Shown here: piece after piece, positions 39,936-54,330 of the stretch | Layout: every line of letters begins with the position of its first letter | How positions within the stretch are numbered: the stretch's first letter is position 1 | Source of the DNA: Octopus sinensis | Taxonomy: Eukaryota | Direction: 5' to 3' | Assembly: GCF_006345805.1 (NCBI RefSeq) | Contig: NC_043010.1 | Coordinates: 53,878,001-53,942,000 of the forward strand | DNA: 64,000 nucleotides | The notes under the pieces: generated by a model | The model's input: the letters and a program-made list of their open reading frames with translations, nothing else | Database searches by the model: none | Told to the model about the DNA's origin: nothing | Translations under genes and position numbers: made by a program

Positions 39936-40866
39936 TTGAAAACAATGTTTCATATAAAATTTTTATAAATAGCTTTTCTGTTTAACCTAGACTTCCAATA
40001 CAGCTATCATATTCACCGAATACGGCGTCACTAAATTCGTTTACAATATAATTAATCTACATACCTTTATAGACGAAATAATCTACTTCTAGCGGATGCA
40101 GAAGAAAATAATAATAGAGGAAAGGCTGCTGTTCCTGGCACATTAAGTCTCCATGCCTGCAGGAATGGTACTACAAATATTTGTTGCCAGGAAACTAAGG
40201 GGGCCCACCCGCAACTACAAGGTTATCATTTATTTTTTTATTTTCTTATATTAAAAGTATTATTTTCAACTGTCTACAAACACAGCCAGGCTGAAATAAT
40301 TAATGCATTCATCTAGGAGTGAATAAAGAATTCTCAGACTTGAGGAGATGGGGCCCTTAGATTCTAACATGGGCCCCCATACATGGGTTCTAAGGACGTA
40401 AGTTGACCCACTTGCCATCGGACAAGGTGGCAAACTGGCTTTCTGTGTGTGTGTTTATGTATATATATGGGCTGCAGGGAAAGAGTTATTCTTTCAAATA
40501 TTATATTTCTGAAGAAAACATTGTTTTTCTTGATATGTTTGCTGTTTCAAGTAAAAAAGATCAAGAAATACGATGGAAATATGAGGAATCATTCATAAAA
40601 AAGTCAAAAAACAAAACAGAAAATTAACACGAAGAGACATCTTAGTGCGTGAACACGTGTGAGTAGTGTATGTCTATATACATAAGTGTGTGTATGTATA
40701 TGAGTATATATATATGAGTGTGTGTATAGGCATATATATATATATTTATATACCTGTATACATAGGTATATATATATATATATATATGTATAGGCAAACA
40801 CACACACACACACCACCTACACCACCACACACACAGACACACACAAACACACACACACACACACAC

Positions 40867-40909
<43 letters not shown>

Positions 40910-41058
40910 ATATAAATATATATATAGGCATCTGTTTATATACACGATTATTTTTTTCGAAGGATGTACTTTAAGTTTCAAACTGTTTGAGTTTGCGGAT
41001 TGTACGTATGCTATGTATGCATATGTCTGTCTATCTATCTATATCTCTCTCTCTATCG

Positions 41059-41156
<98 letters not shown>

Positions 41157-41287
41157 TTATCTATCTATCTATCTAACTATGTATGCATGTATGTATCTAT
41201 CTATCTATCCATGTATGTATGTAAGTATATATGTATATATGAATCTATCAATTTCTCTTCATGCTCTATCTATCTATCTCTACCTAT

Positions 41288-41374
<87 letters not shown>

Positions 41375-41950
41375 CTAGCCTATCCAACGTGTGAGCGTGT
41401 TTGCGCGAGTGCTCCTTTTTATCATTAGTCTTTCTCCCTCTCCACCAATTCATTCTTTCTTAGACGATGTACATTTTTATTCCAGCTCCTCTCTTTGTCA
41501 CTCGTTCTCATTTGTTCAGTTACACTCGCAATTTCTCTTCTGCTATCAACATTTCTCACTCATTTTCACAATCACAAACTCCATATTCCTCCACCCCCAC
41601 AAACATACACACACACACACACACCCTCCCGCTTTCTGTGTCTGTGCACCTCTTGGCACCTTTAATGTAGTATTGGTTTCACCCTTTGTACACTTGGTTA
41701 TTCATCAAACCTCATCGACACATCCCTTATTTCTCACTCTTCAATTTTCATAAAGCTGTCTAACCTGTCTAACCTCCCTCTCTTGTCTTGTTTTGTCTTC
41801 TTACCTGCATATGAGTTTCCGTGTTATACCAACACGTACATACATACATACGCACATCCATGCATACATAAAAACACACATACAAAACAAATACACAGAT
41901 ATATATGCATAAACGTAACATGGTAACCATATATATATATAATATATATA

Positions 41951-41981
<31 letters not shown>

Positions 41982-42033
41982 ATAATATATATAATATATA
42001 TACATGTCGGCAAATACACATAGACGCGCCTAA

Positions 42034-42065
<32 letters not shown>

Positions 42066-42221
42066 TAATATATACATACATATACACATTGTCGTTCATA
42101 TATAATATATGACATATGTACAAAATATACGTTAAAAAACTATGTATATTATATGTAAGTATATTCAATATATAAATATACATATGTGTATATATATGTA
42201 TATAAATAGATGTATATGTAT

Positions 42222-42290
<69 letters not shown>

Positions 42291-42387
42291 TATTCATATA
42301 GGCACATAAATCAATGTATGGATGTATATACGTATGAATGTGTGTGTATACACACACGCACATATATATGTATATATATGTATATAT

Positions 42388-42424
<37 letters not shown>

Positions 42425-43803
42425 CACGTGTGTGTGCATATATGCATATATATTTATTGCTGTATTTCTAACTACGTTTGTAATAACACATATTTGCATG
42501 TGCCCGTGTGCGTGTGTGTGCCTGTGTGTATATATGTATGTGTGTATGCGTTTCTCTGTGCACGCGGAAATAAACATACGCATCTATAACTCACTCTTCT
42601 CCTTGTTAACTAACCTCTTAATCTTAACTTAAAGCTTAAACATACTTTCTCTTGTCTTTGAAACTCAATCGCCGCCTCTGCATTCTTTTACCCTCACGTC
42701 TGCTCATTCTCTTTTTCTCGCTTTCAATCTCTTCCCGCCGAAATGAAACTTTGTTCTACCCCCCTCCTCATCTCTCTCACGTTTTCACAACGCGACTCTC
42801 CCATACAGTCTTTTTCTCTCTCTCTCTCAAACTATTTCTTCCTCTCCTCTCTCTCTCTGTATTTGTAACTACCGTTGTCTCACTTCTTCCAGACATTAAT
42901 TTCCTGTCTTCAAATATGCAGGTTTAACGATTCGTAAATAACGTCCTAGACTTTACAACGAAATTTTAAGATAGAAATATTTTTCGCGTCGAAGCTAAGA
43001 ATAACATGTATCCAAAGTTTTGCCAGGGTCAAATTGCAAGCAACACTTATATACACAAATACTAATGCTTGAACAATCACACATAAACAGATTTGGAAAC
43101 ACTCATGGCGTTAAAGTTAAGAAGTCCGTTTCGCAATCATGAGGTACCGTATTCAATTGTAATATGAATCAGCTTCCAAATACACACAAACGCACATATA
43201 CGAACATACAGACATATACGAACATACATACATACATACTTACATAGATAAATACGTACATATATACATACATACTTATAGACATATATTATATAGCTTT
43301 TAAGCAACTGACTCTGGATGTGAAAATCTGCAAATAGATAATTGTTTTGGAGAATTTGTTGCAGTTGCTTCCTCGAGAGTCATATCCCAATGATGATCAT
43401 AGTCGTCCCAAAAAATCATAGAAAAACTCCCCGAAAACAATCGTAGTAATGAAAAGATAGGAATTTCAGGATTGCAGGTCCGGATTTGGCCCGGAATGAT
43501 ATTGATTTACTCCCTGTGTTGGCCTTCACATTCTAAAATTTTTTATATTACAAAAAAACTATTTTTTTGCAAAAAGTCACGTAAAAATATATCGCCGCAA
43601 ACAATCAGAGTAATGAAAACTTGGGAATCCAAAATTTCAGGATTGTCTGTCCAGATTAGGACTAGAATATTTTTACTTTACTCACGGAATCAGCCTGATT
43701 CCAAAATGGTATGATATGTTGAGTTACAGCCTCTACGAATAAAGCTAAAAAATGTGACACACTGACACACTGAATTCACATTTATTACATTAATATATTA
43801 TAT

Positions 43804-43998
43804 TAAGGCAGCGAGCTGGCAGAATCATTAGCCCGACGCTTAGTGATAGCCGTTAGAATTTGAGCTCGAATTCCGCCGAGGTCGACTTTGCCTTTCATCC
43901 TTTTGGGGGTCGATAAAATTAGTACCAGTTGCGTATTGGCATCGATATAATCCCTTCCCTCAAAACCTGAGGCCTGGTGCTTCCAGTAGAAAGGATTT
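43804..43998 (+). mobile_element. SINE family B
   Basis: Head TAAGGCAGCGAGCTGGCAGAATC and core. Confidence 0.82.
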
Positions 43999-44697
43999 AT
44001 TGAAGTTGAAAAAGTGAAAGACACTGACACTCACATTTATAAAGTTTGATATGTTTAATTTTGGAGAAACTTTATTTCAGTTAAAATGAAGTTCATATAT
44101 ATACTACATTATTTCTACGGTGTAATTTATTATAACGGTGCATTCCTGTGCACATTTTAATTCATTATAATGGTGCATTCCTGCGGAGTGCTTAAGTTGA
44201 ATTAGCCCGCAGTTAGAATTCGTTTCAAGTTGATAGGCGTAATTGTATAATTACCATTTTCGTTAACAGTTTATGATATGGTATTAAGCAACGTAGGTAA
44301 TGAATAAAATATTTTGAATACAAATTTGGCAGTTATTATACATGTAAGTCCATGAAATGAGATCGCAATTGTAGCAGACATTAGGGATCTTATAGCTTAC
44401 CTGAAGCGTTTTGTATCATGATGCTACTTTTCTCGTAATGCCTGACACAACCGCATTGAATATTTTTTTCAATGAAAGTCATGTATTATACAGAAAAGCG
44501 AACACTTATAGCAAACGCACAAATAGAATAATGGCATGTACAAAAATAACTGTCAGAGCATGCTTATGAGTAAACAGCGTACGTGAAGTAACAAGGTTCA
44601 TTGAAGGTAATGTACTGTTAACAGCAATAAGGGAAATGAAGCAAAATATCAATGAAATGCTTGCAGGAAGTCAGATTTCTAACGGCTACAGTTTGGC

Positions 44698-47216
44698 TTA
44701 GATGTGAAGATTGCAGTAGAGGAATAACTACTGCAGGGCTGTTATGTAGAGGATACTTTTGGTTTTCCCTTCAGGTGCATAAATGAATAAGTTGTCTGGC
44801 TGGCCAACTCTGGAATAACTGACGTAGAACAGTCCGTGTGAAAATCATGATGTTCGAACGTTCAATCCGACAACTTTCAGCGACCGACCTTGTGATTTGT
44901 TAAGTGTCATGACGAAGATGAGTTTGAGAGGGAGCTGAAGTCTTTGCATAGGGTAAGGGCAGTCTATTTGGTGTAAGTGGGATTTTCGGAATGAAAACGA
45001 TATTTTGTTGCCTTGTCCCGTGATAATTTGGGATTCAATGACGTGGTTTATCATTGGTTGGATCATAAGAATAATTCTATTAACTAGCGTGGGTACATTT
45101 AGATTGCGTAGGAGGATGAGAGGGCAACAGGTTTAGTGTTCATGGGGAGAGAGACCTGGAGGATCTTGAGATTTGAGAAATTCTGTTGGAAAGGCGCAGG
45201 AGTGACTGTGTGGTAAGTAGCTTGCTTACGAACTACATGGTTCTGGGTTCAGTCCCACTGCGTGGCACCTTGGGCAGGTGTCTTCTACTATAGCCTCGGG
45301 CCGACCAAAGCCTTGTGAGTGGATTTGGTAGACGGAAACTGAAAGAAGACTGTCGTATATATGTATATATATATATATGTGTGTGCGTGTATGTTTGTGT
45401 GTCTGGGGTTGTCCCCCTAGCATTGCTTGACAACCGATGCTGGTGTGTTTATGTCCCCGTCACTTAGCGGTTCGGCAAAAGAGACCGATAGAATAAGTAC
45501 CGGGCTTACAAAGAATAAGTCCCGGGGTCGAGTTGCTCGATTAAAGGCGGTGCTCCAGCATGGCCACAGTCAAATAACTGAAACAAGTAAAAAGAGAAAA
45601 AAAAAGAGAAAGAGAGAGAAAAGTATGTAACTTGATCGAAGTCGACAATGTTGTCTAACAGATCCGTAGCAATATTCTGCAGAAGGTAACTGATTAAGTC
45701 ATAGTTAAGAGTTTTGACAACTTTGTAGGTGCAAGAAAATCCTGTCGTAAAGCCAATCTGGTTTTATGTATCGCGTCGTAAGATTTATGTAAACAGCAGA
45801 ACATAAGACACTAGGGCTGGAGACATTGTGGCTAATGGTGGTAGTGTCAATGCATATGCTGTTGTCAGATGTAATTTATCCATTGCCGATTTTACCTTCA
45901 TTCTCATCATACACACAAATTCCAGGAATTGAGCTTTTTCTTACCTAGCCACCCCATTACTCCATATTACTCCATAAGCGAAAAGTCTTAAGAGTGAACT
46001 ACCATCTATAGAACATAAGTGATGTATGTGCCAAACGTGAGTTTCGAAAGAGGTTGACCTTTCTGTAGGAGTGATGTCATTGTTGTTTCAATTAGACATG
46101 CAACCAAAGGAGGGATTTTTTCAACGTGGGTATAACGATCATCAGCGGGTGTTCCTTTAGGAATAATAGGCATAGTTTGTCGCACCTCAAAGGATGTTGT
46201 TGTTTGATCTAAGGTCTCTCATTGTGATATCAAGAGCTTGTAGGAAATATTTATGGGACATAGCTGCTTCATCCCAAACAATAAATTCACACTTTTTTCA
46301 AAATTGTCGCTTCGTCCGAGGAATGCATTATGTGGCACGTCGGGTTTTCTTGATGTGTTACATTGAAAGGCAATTTGAAGGCAGAGTGTGCTGTTCGACC
46401 ATCGTCGGGAGGAATCGAGGCTATTCCTGATGAGGCAACAGCAATAGCAAGGTCTGCATTATGCAGCAGCTTCGCAAGAAGAGGATTCAGGAAGAATGGT
46501 TCCAGTTTTACCGGTGCGTCTAAGAAGATGATTCTGCCAGTGTGTTTGTAGATGTTTCCGAGGACAAAAGTGTATGCGTCAGCTTGATCGGAATTCAGAA
46601 GGGGCATGTTGGCAGCAATGTACTGTTTGCGTTTGGTGAATTTGTAGGATGTTGCTTTGTGAATAAGGTAACTGGAACAGGTGCTTTCATTTCTGACTGG
46701 AGTGTTGAGAGAAAAAGTGTCCAATCGTTGATCACCAATTGACATTGCTAAGTTTTCGAATAGAAGAAGCCCTCTGTTGTTAATGGCAGGGATAGTGGAA
46801 GTGTCAACGCTTTACCTACTATGATAAGATGCGTTCGTCCCATCCTGTAGAGGTAACATTACTCATTATATTCCCTTAAAGCAACGATCATCTATATTGT
46901 TTATTTACGTGCTATGAATAGGGGTTTAAGGGATACAGATATAAGGGAGACAATCAATTTCTGAATATCACATCGCAAAACGTTACCTTCATTGTCCCCA
47001 TACACACAAATTCCGGGAATTGAGCTTTTTCTTACCTAGCCGCCCCATTACTCCATATTACTCCATAAGCAAAAAGTCTGAAGAGTGAACTACCATCTAT
47101 AGAACATAAGTGATGTATGTGCAAACGTAACCGAAATAGGGTGAAAATATTAATTTTCATGGGGTTCAGTTAAATGGCCTGTTACTTTGGTACACAAACA
47201 CACATACTTCTTCCGT

Positions 47217-47255
<39 letters not shown>

Positions 47256-47261
47256 TAAAGA
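44698..47261 (-). mobile_element. Helitron deletion derivative retaining a pseudogenised Pif1-like helicase but no Rep domain
   Basis: Minus-strand motifs IFLDAP..LAIAVASSGIA..GRTAHSAFKLP (46287-46745), FIVWDEAAMSHK (about 46250-46290) and RLQLPLKLIFVMTLNKSQGRSL..FSHGLFYVSYSRV (44780-44950). 5' end A|TCTTTAGTATATATA..AAGACGG at 47261. The 3' end is tentative. Confidence 0.85.
45193..45600 (+). mobile_element. SINE family A, full length, inserted in the Helitron helicase
   Basis: Complete head, body and tail; helicase peptide continues on both sides. Confidence 0.9.
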
Positions 47262-48563
47262 TAGCAAAAAATGATAGCGTTTACTTTGCTGATGACATGT
47301 CAAAGAAGCATAGTTAAAGAAAGTTGTACATCATATATATAGACGTACACACACACACACACTCACACACACACACACAAAACACACACATGTATATATA
47401 TATATATATATATATTCGGATGAATATGGTACTGAAGTTGGGGCACCAGAATTTTGTACGGTATTATCCATATAATTTCAAAATAAGGTGATTAAAATCA
47501 AAGTAAGCAACAAGGATATCCAGGGGTAATGCAGTACGATCCTTTCAAGCAACTCCATTTAATTGTTAATGCACGTGAGACATCATCTTGTTGCCAAGGA
47601 AGCCCAGATATGAATTACCTTTCACAGAGCCCTGAGGATAAAATGGTCCAATTACTTGATTGTGCCAAATACCACACCATTACCTTTCCCCCCCCGCCTT
47701 GTGGATTTTCAGCCTTCATCCAATGAGGATTGATTTTTTTTTTGTGAGTAATATCGGCATCTGTGAAAAGAGATAATAGAATGAATATTACCACTTCCGC
47801 ATATTGAAGGCTGCTGCGTGACTTTATGGTCACTCTGTATTATATATATTTATAGTCTTCGAAAGGCAAACTTGACCGCAGGAGAATTTCACTTCACATC
47901 ACAGCCAAGAGAAGCGGAATATTTTAACGCAAAACATTTCCGAATATGTCATAAACATCTGACGGTGGCGCTCATGCATATATCTATGTATACACACACA
48001 AACACATAGACACACACATATACAAACACGCATTTGAACATAGATAGATAAATAGATAAAAATATACAGTGTAAGGAAAATAGATAGAGTGATACATAGA
48101 CAGGCATTACACAGAGATATAAAGGTGTGTGAAAAGAGGAAGAGGGAGAAAGTAGAAGATGGAGAGCTGAAAAGCTATTATTGATAAAGGGATAAAAAGG
48201 AGAATAAACATGTAAATATATAGTGTTGGAAACACGGAATTTTGTGTTATAAATATCTAAATCTATTATTAAATGGAAGTCAATATGTTTGTATTAGCAA
48301 CGATCCAGTCAAGTGTATAGAACTGAATTGAGAGATATAGCCATCTAATCACATGTATATATATATATATATATTACTGTGTTTTTAATTTTTTTTTGTA
48401 TAGATAGAAACACACTCACATACATATGTATAAATACTTATATATATATATATAAACGTAGATAATAGACATATGAATATGTAAATATAAGTATTTTCTA
48501 TATACATTTAAAGATATATACGTATGTGTGTGTGTGTACATGTACGTACCTATGTATGTCTGC

Positions 48564-48596
<33 letters not shown>

Positions 48597-48848
48597 ATTG
48601 AAATATATGTATACACTTATAAATATGAAATGAAACATATACCTATACATGCATATATGCTTACACACATGCACATGTACACACACACACACATATATAT
48701 ATATATGTGTATATATATATATACATATAACGTACCTGCGTTTGCATATCTATATCTATCTATCAATCTATTTGTCTGTCTGTTTGTCTGACTATCCCTG
48801 TATCTATCTATTTATATAAATCATATATATGAATATATATATATATAT

Positions 48849-48899
<51 letters not shown>

Positions 48900-49126
48900 T
48901 GTGTGTGTTTTATCTCTGTCTTCACTGTGTCTGGAACACACAGATAAAATATATGATGCATTCATACACATCTGTATATATATATATACACATACATAAA
49001 TAAACATACGCACGCATACCCACCCACACATATGTATGTATACACATATGTATGCTCGTATATATGTCTACGTTATGTTTGTATGTACATGCATTTACTC
49101 CTTCCTACTGTTCTGTCTTTCTGTTT

Positions 49127-49162
<36 letters not shown>

Positions 49163-49885
49163 CTGTCCTCCTCTCCCTGTCAATCTATATGTATATGTAC
49201 ATATTCAATATACATACTAAAGGAAACACACACATATATCACACTCTCTCTCACACATGCATATACAATCTTATACACACAAACACATCAATGCTTTGCG
49301 TGTGTGTTTGTATGGATAATTATAGTAAAATGAAATTCTATGGCTATAATTATATATAAAAAATGATAGTGCATATCATATTTTCCAGACAAAAAAACGG
49401 GGAAGAATGAAATAACTGTCGAAGAGAACATTATTAATGCCCCAAATCCTCTGATTTCGATGTCTGATAACCACACATTTGATATAAAATTTCTAAACAT
49501 ATATTTTTCATTATCCGTTACTCCTCATTCGCTCTCTAATTTCCTCTTTGTTTCTTTCTATCTCTGCTTCTTAATCACTCATCATCTTTGTAATATCTCG
49601 GTGTTTAATTTCTATATTAGTACACGCAATCAAAATTGTTTTTAAATGCTATTATACTATAATTATTTTCTCGTTGTCTATACGGGGGAAGTAACAATTA
49701 TGGCAGTTTTATTTAATTTTCACGCTGTTATTTTATTGTTAACTGATAAATCTGAAGCAAATATTTTTATATGCTTGTAAGTGTATACTTTTCATTGTGA
49801 ATTTCTAATTTCATCTGCGTACTATTCAATATATTTGTCATAAAACATATATTCATACACGAACACATACACACACATATACGTT

Positions 49886-49956
<71 letters not shown>

Positions 49957-50039
49957 ATGTATGTATGCATGTATATATATATATATTATATATATATATA
50001 TAATATTATATATATATATATATACATATATACAATGGA

Positions 50040-50379
50040 GAAATTTTACAATGATGAGTAAAACACGGGTACAGTTTCGATTACTTGTTATCCGTAGATT
50101 TATTGCAGGAACTTAGTAGCGGCGGTTGGGGTAACAGTATTAATGAAATAGGGGATAGAATGTGGAATAGACTTTATTGGGTACAACACCTTTCGACCCA
50201 TTTTTTTCCTTTGTCTTCCCTTCTCTGGATCTTTCCTTCTCCTATGTTTCCGACGAAGAGCACCGCTCGAAACGTTAAAACCTCCTTCTTTCCTTCTTTC
50301 CTGAGCGTCCAATAATACTATATTTGTTCCACGTCCTCGCGTTATTGTGTTTCTTGTGCTTTCATGTTTGGATTAATTT

Positions 50380-50380
<1 letters not shown>
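50040..50380 (+). mobile_element. Penelope-like 3' terminal fragment with variant minimal hammerhead motif
   Basis: Lies between (TA)n tracts; CCGACGAA-GAGC-acc-GCTC-GAAACGTT at 50250-50276. Confidence 0.6.
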
Positions 50381-50420
<40 letters not shown>

Positions 50421-50879
50421 AGGTATACGTGCCCATATCATTGGAATTTTGCAGATTTCAGTGTAAGAGGAATAGAATATTCGAGAAAAGATTTAGAACA
50501 TTTTAGTGTTTGTAACTGAATATGTGCGACGCTAGTTCTCGCACATCCTGTTTCGTACGAAAACTGTCTTTTTTTCGATATTTCTCTCTTTTCTTTTCTT
50601 CTTTATGTTTTGTCTCTTTCTATGGTTTAATTCTACGTCTGTAATGGTCGTTTGTTAAGCCGATGTCTATGGATATGGAAATTATTATTTCATGTGACAA
50701 TTCGCTCCTTACTTCATTGTTATTGGTCTCCTGACGGTTCTTTATAAGTACGCATTTTTCAGGTACTAACTTTCTAAGATTAAATTAGCTGAAATTATTA
50801 TCGTTAAATCATTTTCTATTGGATGTTTCAGTAACTGATCTTCTTTCTCATTGTGTAAATATGTTCATTTTTGTTTAAC

Positions 50880-51480
50880 CGTTTTAAGGTATCCAACAGA
50901 TTTTTATCTCTAGTTGGGACGTTAGATGTCCGTAGTGTCCCTCCAGTATTCTTCATAGCTTGTCGACAATGAAGTTACAAACAGTTTATAATCCATTTAT
51001 TCTGGCACCTATAATTATATCATAATGTATGTACTTTACTGGACCATATCCTAGAACTGTTAATGTAAAACATGGTAAGGCATGGCTTACATAAAATGGT
51101 GATTTGTATATTTGTTTGTTCATTAATCTCAGGTAAATCCCAAAATTTGGTTGGATACCATATTGGGGTTTCTTCAGATAATCTGCAGAGATGAGTAACT
51201 GTATTTCGTATATATGGATTTCAAAGTTTGTCTTGATTTAATATAATTCTTTGCTGTTAGTTTCTCCCCAAATATTGTTACCTTGTAAAATAAATTTTTA
51301 CAGGCAATTTTCTCTAACATTTCTTGTGGATTTGAACCATTGCATTTGTACCTGATTTTAGCTCTTTGCTGTCGGTCTCTAAATGTATAAAAAAGACTTT
51401 GTTCTCGGAATTTTGTGGTGTTGTAGCTGACTTAGGTAGATTGGTTTCGTTCTTATATTTGGTGCTACGTCGCTGAATTT
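50880..51480 (-). mobile_element. degenerate Penelope GIY-YIG endonuclease-like region
   Basis: Minus-strand fragments CKNLFYKVTI..KNYIKS..SNQIWDL..ITIL..INC..HCRQAMK resemble the PLE endonuclease C-terminus; many stops. Possible RT remnants at 52100-52950 are weaker. Confidence 0.5.
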
Positions 51481-51831
51481 CGGTTTGTACCATGTGGTGT
51501 CCTATTCATGTTTTTTTCTAACGTATGCCCCTTTGTATTTTATCATTGCTTTACAAACGTATTTTTTTTCAAAAGCTACTTTGCAGAACAGTTTTGGGCC
51601 AAGGAAAACTTGGTTGCAACAAAGGCTTTTCTTTACTGAAAATAATTGAATGTAATTACATCTGTTCAATGATGCTAACATGTTCTGACCAGTAACAAAG
51701 CGTTAGTCAGTGATCCTGTCATCAAATTACCGACAAATGCTTTCCTTTTTAGCGGTGTCCTGTTTCACGTAATCACTTACGTAGGAATAATAAATCCCTG
51801 AACGAGATATAAACAGTAGCTGCATAACAAT

Positions 51832-52065
51832 GTGATGTATATTTGCCACTTAAATGTGGCTAAGCACTAAGGGTGGATGCTACTGTAGCTTGTAACCCCA
51901 GGGGAACATCTTCTCCAGCTGGCTATTGACACACTATTGCAATTACTGATAGGGCACAGAAAGTGTGTCAATAGCTAGCTGGGGAAGATGTTCTCCTGGG
52001 GCTACACGTTACAGTAGCATCCACCCTTAGTGGTTAGTCACATTTAAGTGCCAAATATACTTCAC
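51832..52065. mobile_element. palindromic fold-back element (104-bp arms, 26-nt spacer)
   Basis: 51832-51935 and 51962-52065 are inverted copies; same family as 63176-63282. Confidence 0.85.
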
Positions 52066-53851
52066 TTATCTTGACAGCTGCAGCAAAGAGTTATCAAGAG
52101 AAGTGAACACGTAGGACATGCATTAAAAATAACTGAGGGAAAATTATGGATCTCTGTCGAGCGAGACACGAAGCAGACGGTATTCATTCAACCGCTCATG
52201 CAGATATTTCTGACAAAGTAACCTTTGAAGTATTAAAAACACTTATAATTGTTTGATATCACTCACCTACATAGGCCATCAAATCCAGTATTATTTTATT
52301 ATTTCTCTATTGCCATATTTCCGACTCAAAGCAGTCGAACAGCTTAAAACTCATGGTTCCTTAGTACACGTGTTTAGTATTGGGCATCAAATCATTCGTA
52401 TTCAATTTTGGGAAAAGTTTCAAGTGCAATTCTCATTGTTCCTAATTCGATTATAGATCCCCTTCCGAAAGATTTTACAAGATCAATTAACTCATAATGA
52501 TTCTTTCTATTACTTGTTTATTATATTATACCGATTCTTTAATATTTCCGCTCAATCTAACTCTTACATCTATCTAGTTTGTATTTTCGTATCTAGCTTT
52601 CTAATTTGTTCATTATATGAACTCGGTGACACAAATGTAATATTCAAGCGTCAGTTCCTGGTTCCCAATAGAAATATGACGTTTAGGTTAATTACACCTA
52701 TCAAAATCGTGTCACGTGTTTATCTGAGAGTCTATAGAAGATCTTGTCGCCCGCTCTATGTATTACTCAAAGTATGGTCGAAATTTGCCCATTGGTGCAT
52801 CTATTTAAAACAACTGGAAACATTTCAGTATATCCAAAGCATCGTTGCATCCCTCCATCCTAATGGCTCGAAGATATCATTTATTTCGCCTACTTATCGG
52901 CGAGAAAATTATCGAAGATCTTATGACCTCTAGCTGTACTTCCTCCATCGATGTATAAACGGCTAAAATTTTCAGCTCATATTCTACAAGCTTTTGACAT
53001 ATAGAAACACCATTCATAACAACATAGACCCTGACCTAAAGAGACCTACACATCGTTGTAACCCAGGCGAATTTGTACTGACTAACTCTCAGAATGTAAA
53101 TATGGCTGACAAATTTGGAACTATATCGGGAAAGATTATTTACTTTAATTTGTTGTTAGCTTGGGGTACTTAAACGTTGTGTCCTTCTGAAATTTGTGAG
53201 AGATAGTAATTTATCTCTTGTCCTTAGTGCTTTTGTTTTATATTTTACATTGTTTTGTCCATCATTTCGTCCATCGACTTTCTTTTCTCGTCGTAAGACA
53301 TTAGATTTGACGAACGGCCGTATCTTAATTCTCAACTACTTTAAAGTAAGGTAGCCACTTTCGGGCAGCCTTCTTTATTTTCCATCTTGGATTACCATGT
53401 TTATATAAGTCCCATGCAATCGAATAAATTTGAAATGTAACTGATCCTTCGTTCTGCATCTGTGTTAAAGAGGAAATATTTCGAGTGTCAGTGCTCAAGC
53501 TGCTCCGTAAATATTTCTGATAATAAGTAGGAATGCATCTTTTTGTTTTCTCTTCCTATTTCTTAGCGCAGTCAAGCAACATTATCCCATTAGCAACAGC
53601 AACAGTAGGTGAAGCAGCAACAGTAACAGTCTCCTTCTTTTGATTATTGCATGAATATGCTTTCTAGCAGATCGTTATCTCATCTTTCTCTCTTTCAGAG
53701 AACACATAGCTATGACTACCCTTGCTTCTCTGTTCTACAAGCACGTACGATACCGCTGAATGATTCTTGGTGATATATACTTGTCATTGCCCTATCTTTA
53801 CTGAGATATCCTTAAGATCCAGTTATTCCCAGAGCACGGAAGGTTAGAAGA

Positions 53852-53927
53852 ATGATATGGAATGGAATGGTAATTGGTGTTTTGTTTGTTTTTATCCTTC
53901 CAACTTTTGTTGTAGCTGCCAAACTTG
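53852..53927 (+). CDS. candidate first coding exon encoding a signal peptide or signal anchor
   Basis: MIWNGMVIGVLFVFILPTFVVAAKL followed by phase-1 donor G|GTAATG. Strong upstream acceptor CTCATCTTTCTCTCTTTCAG ends at 53698. An in-frame stop lies upstream at 53813. Confidence 0.45.
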
Positions 53928-54131
53928 GTAATGCAATTTATTTTTGTCTGTTTGTTCATATCCATGTGAACGTTCAAGTTGAAGCATGTACGGAACCTTT
54001 TAACTCTCGATATTTCTATTTTCGTTTGCATTTTACAACATTTTACAACGTTAAATCTGAACTTTGTTTACATTTTAACATATGTATAGATACATGCATG
54101 TATACGTGCATACCGGCATACATAATATATA

Positions 54132-54185
<54 letters not shown>

Positions 54186-54330
54186 GTTTATATATTTATA
54201 TATGTTTATATATATACACACACGCACACATATATATGCATATATATATATATATATACTGCCATTATGAAAGACTCCTGCAACCACCATTTTTAAGGAC
54301 GCCAAGCTTTGTTTTTTCCACATTTCTTAG

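Noticed and set aside
43660-43705. CTAG plus palindrome as the 3' end of the 44.7-47.3 kb Helitron
   Set aside because: About 1 kb from the helicase end, spacing 20 nt, and embedded in a different repeat. A hairpin at 44712-44735 with CTAA at 44698 is a closer but also unproven candidate.
52260-52310. GTGAGT donor with RNNKIILDLMAYV peptide on minus
   Set aside because: More likely part of a decayed Penelope RT; in-frame stop just upstream.
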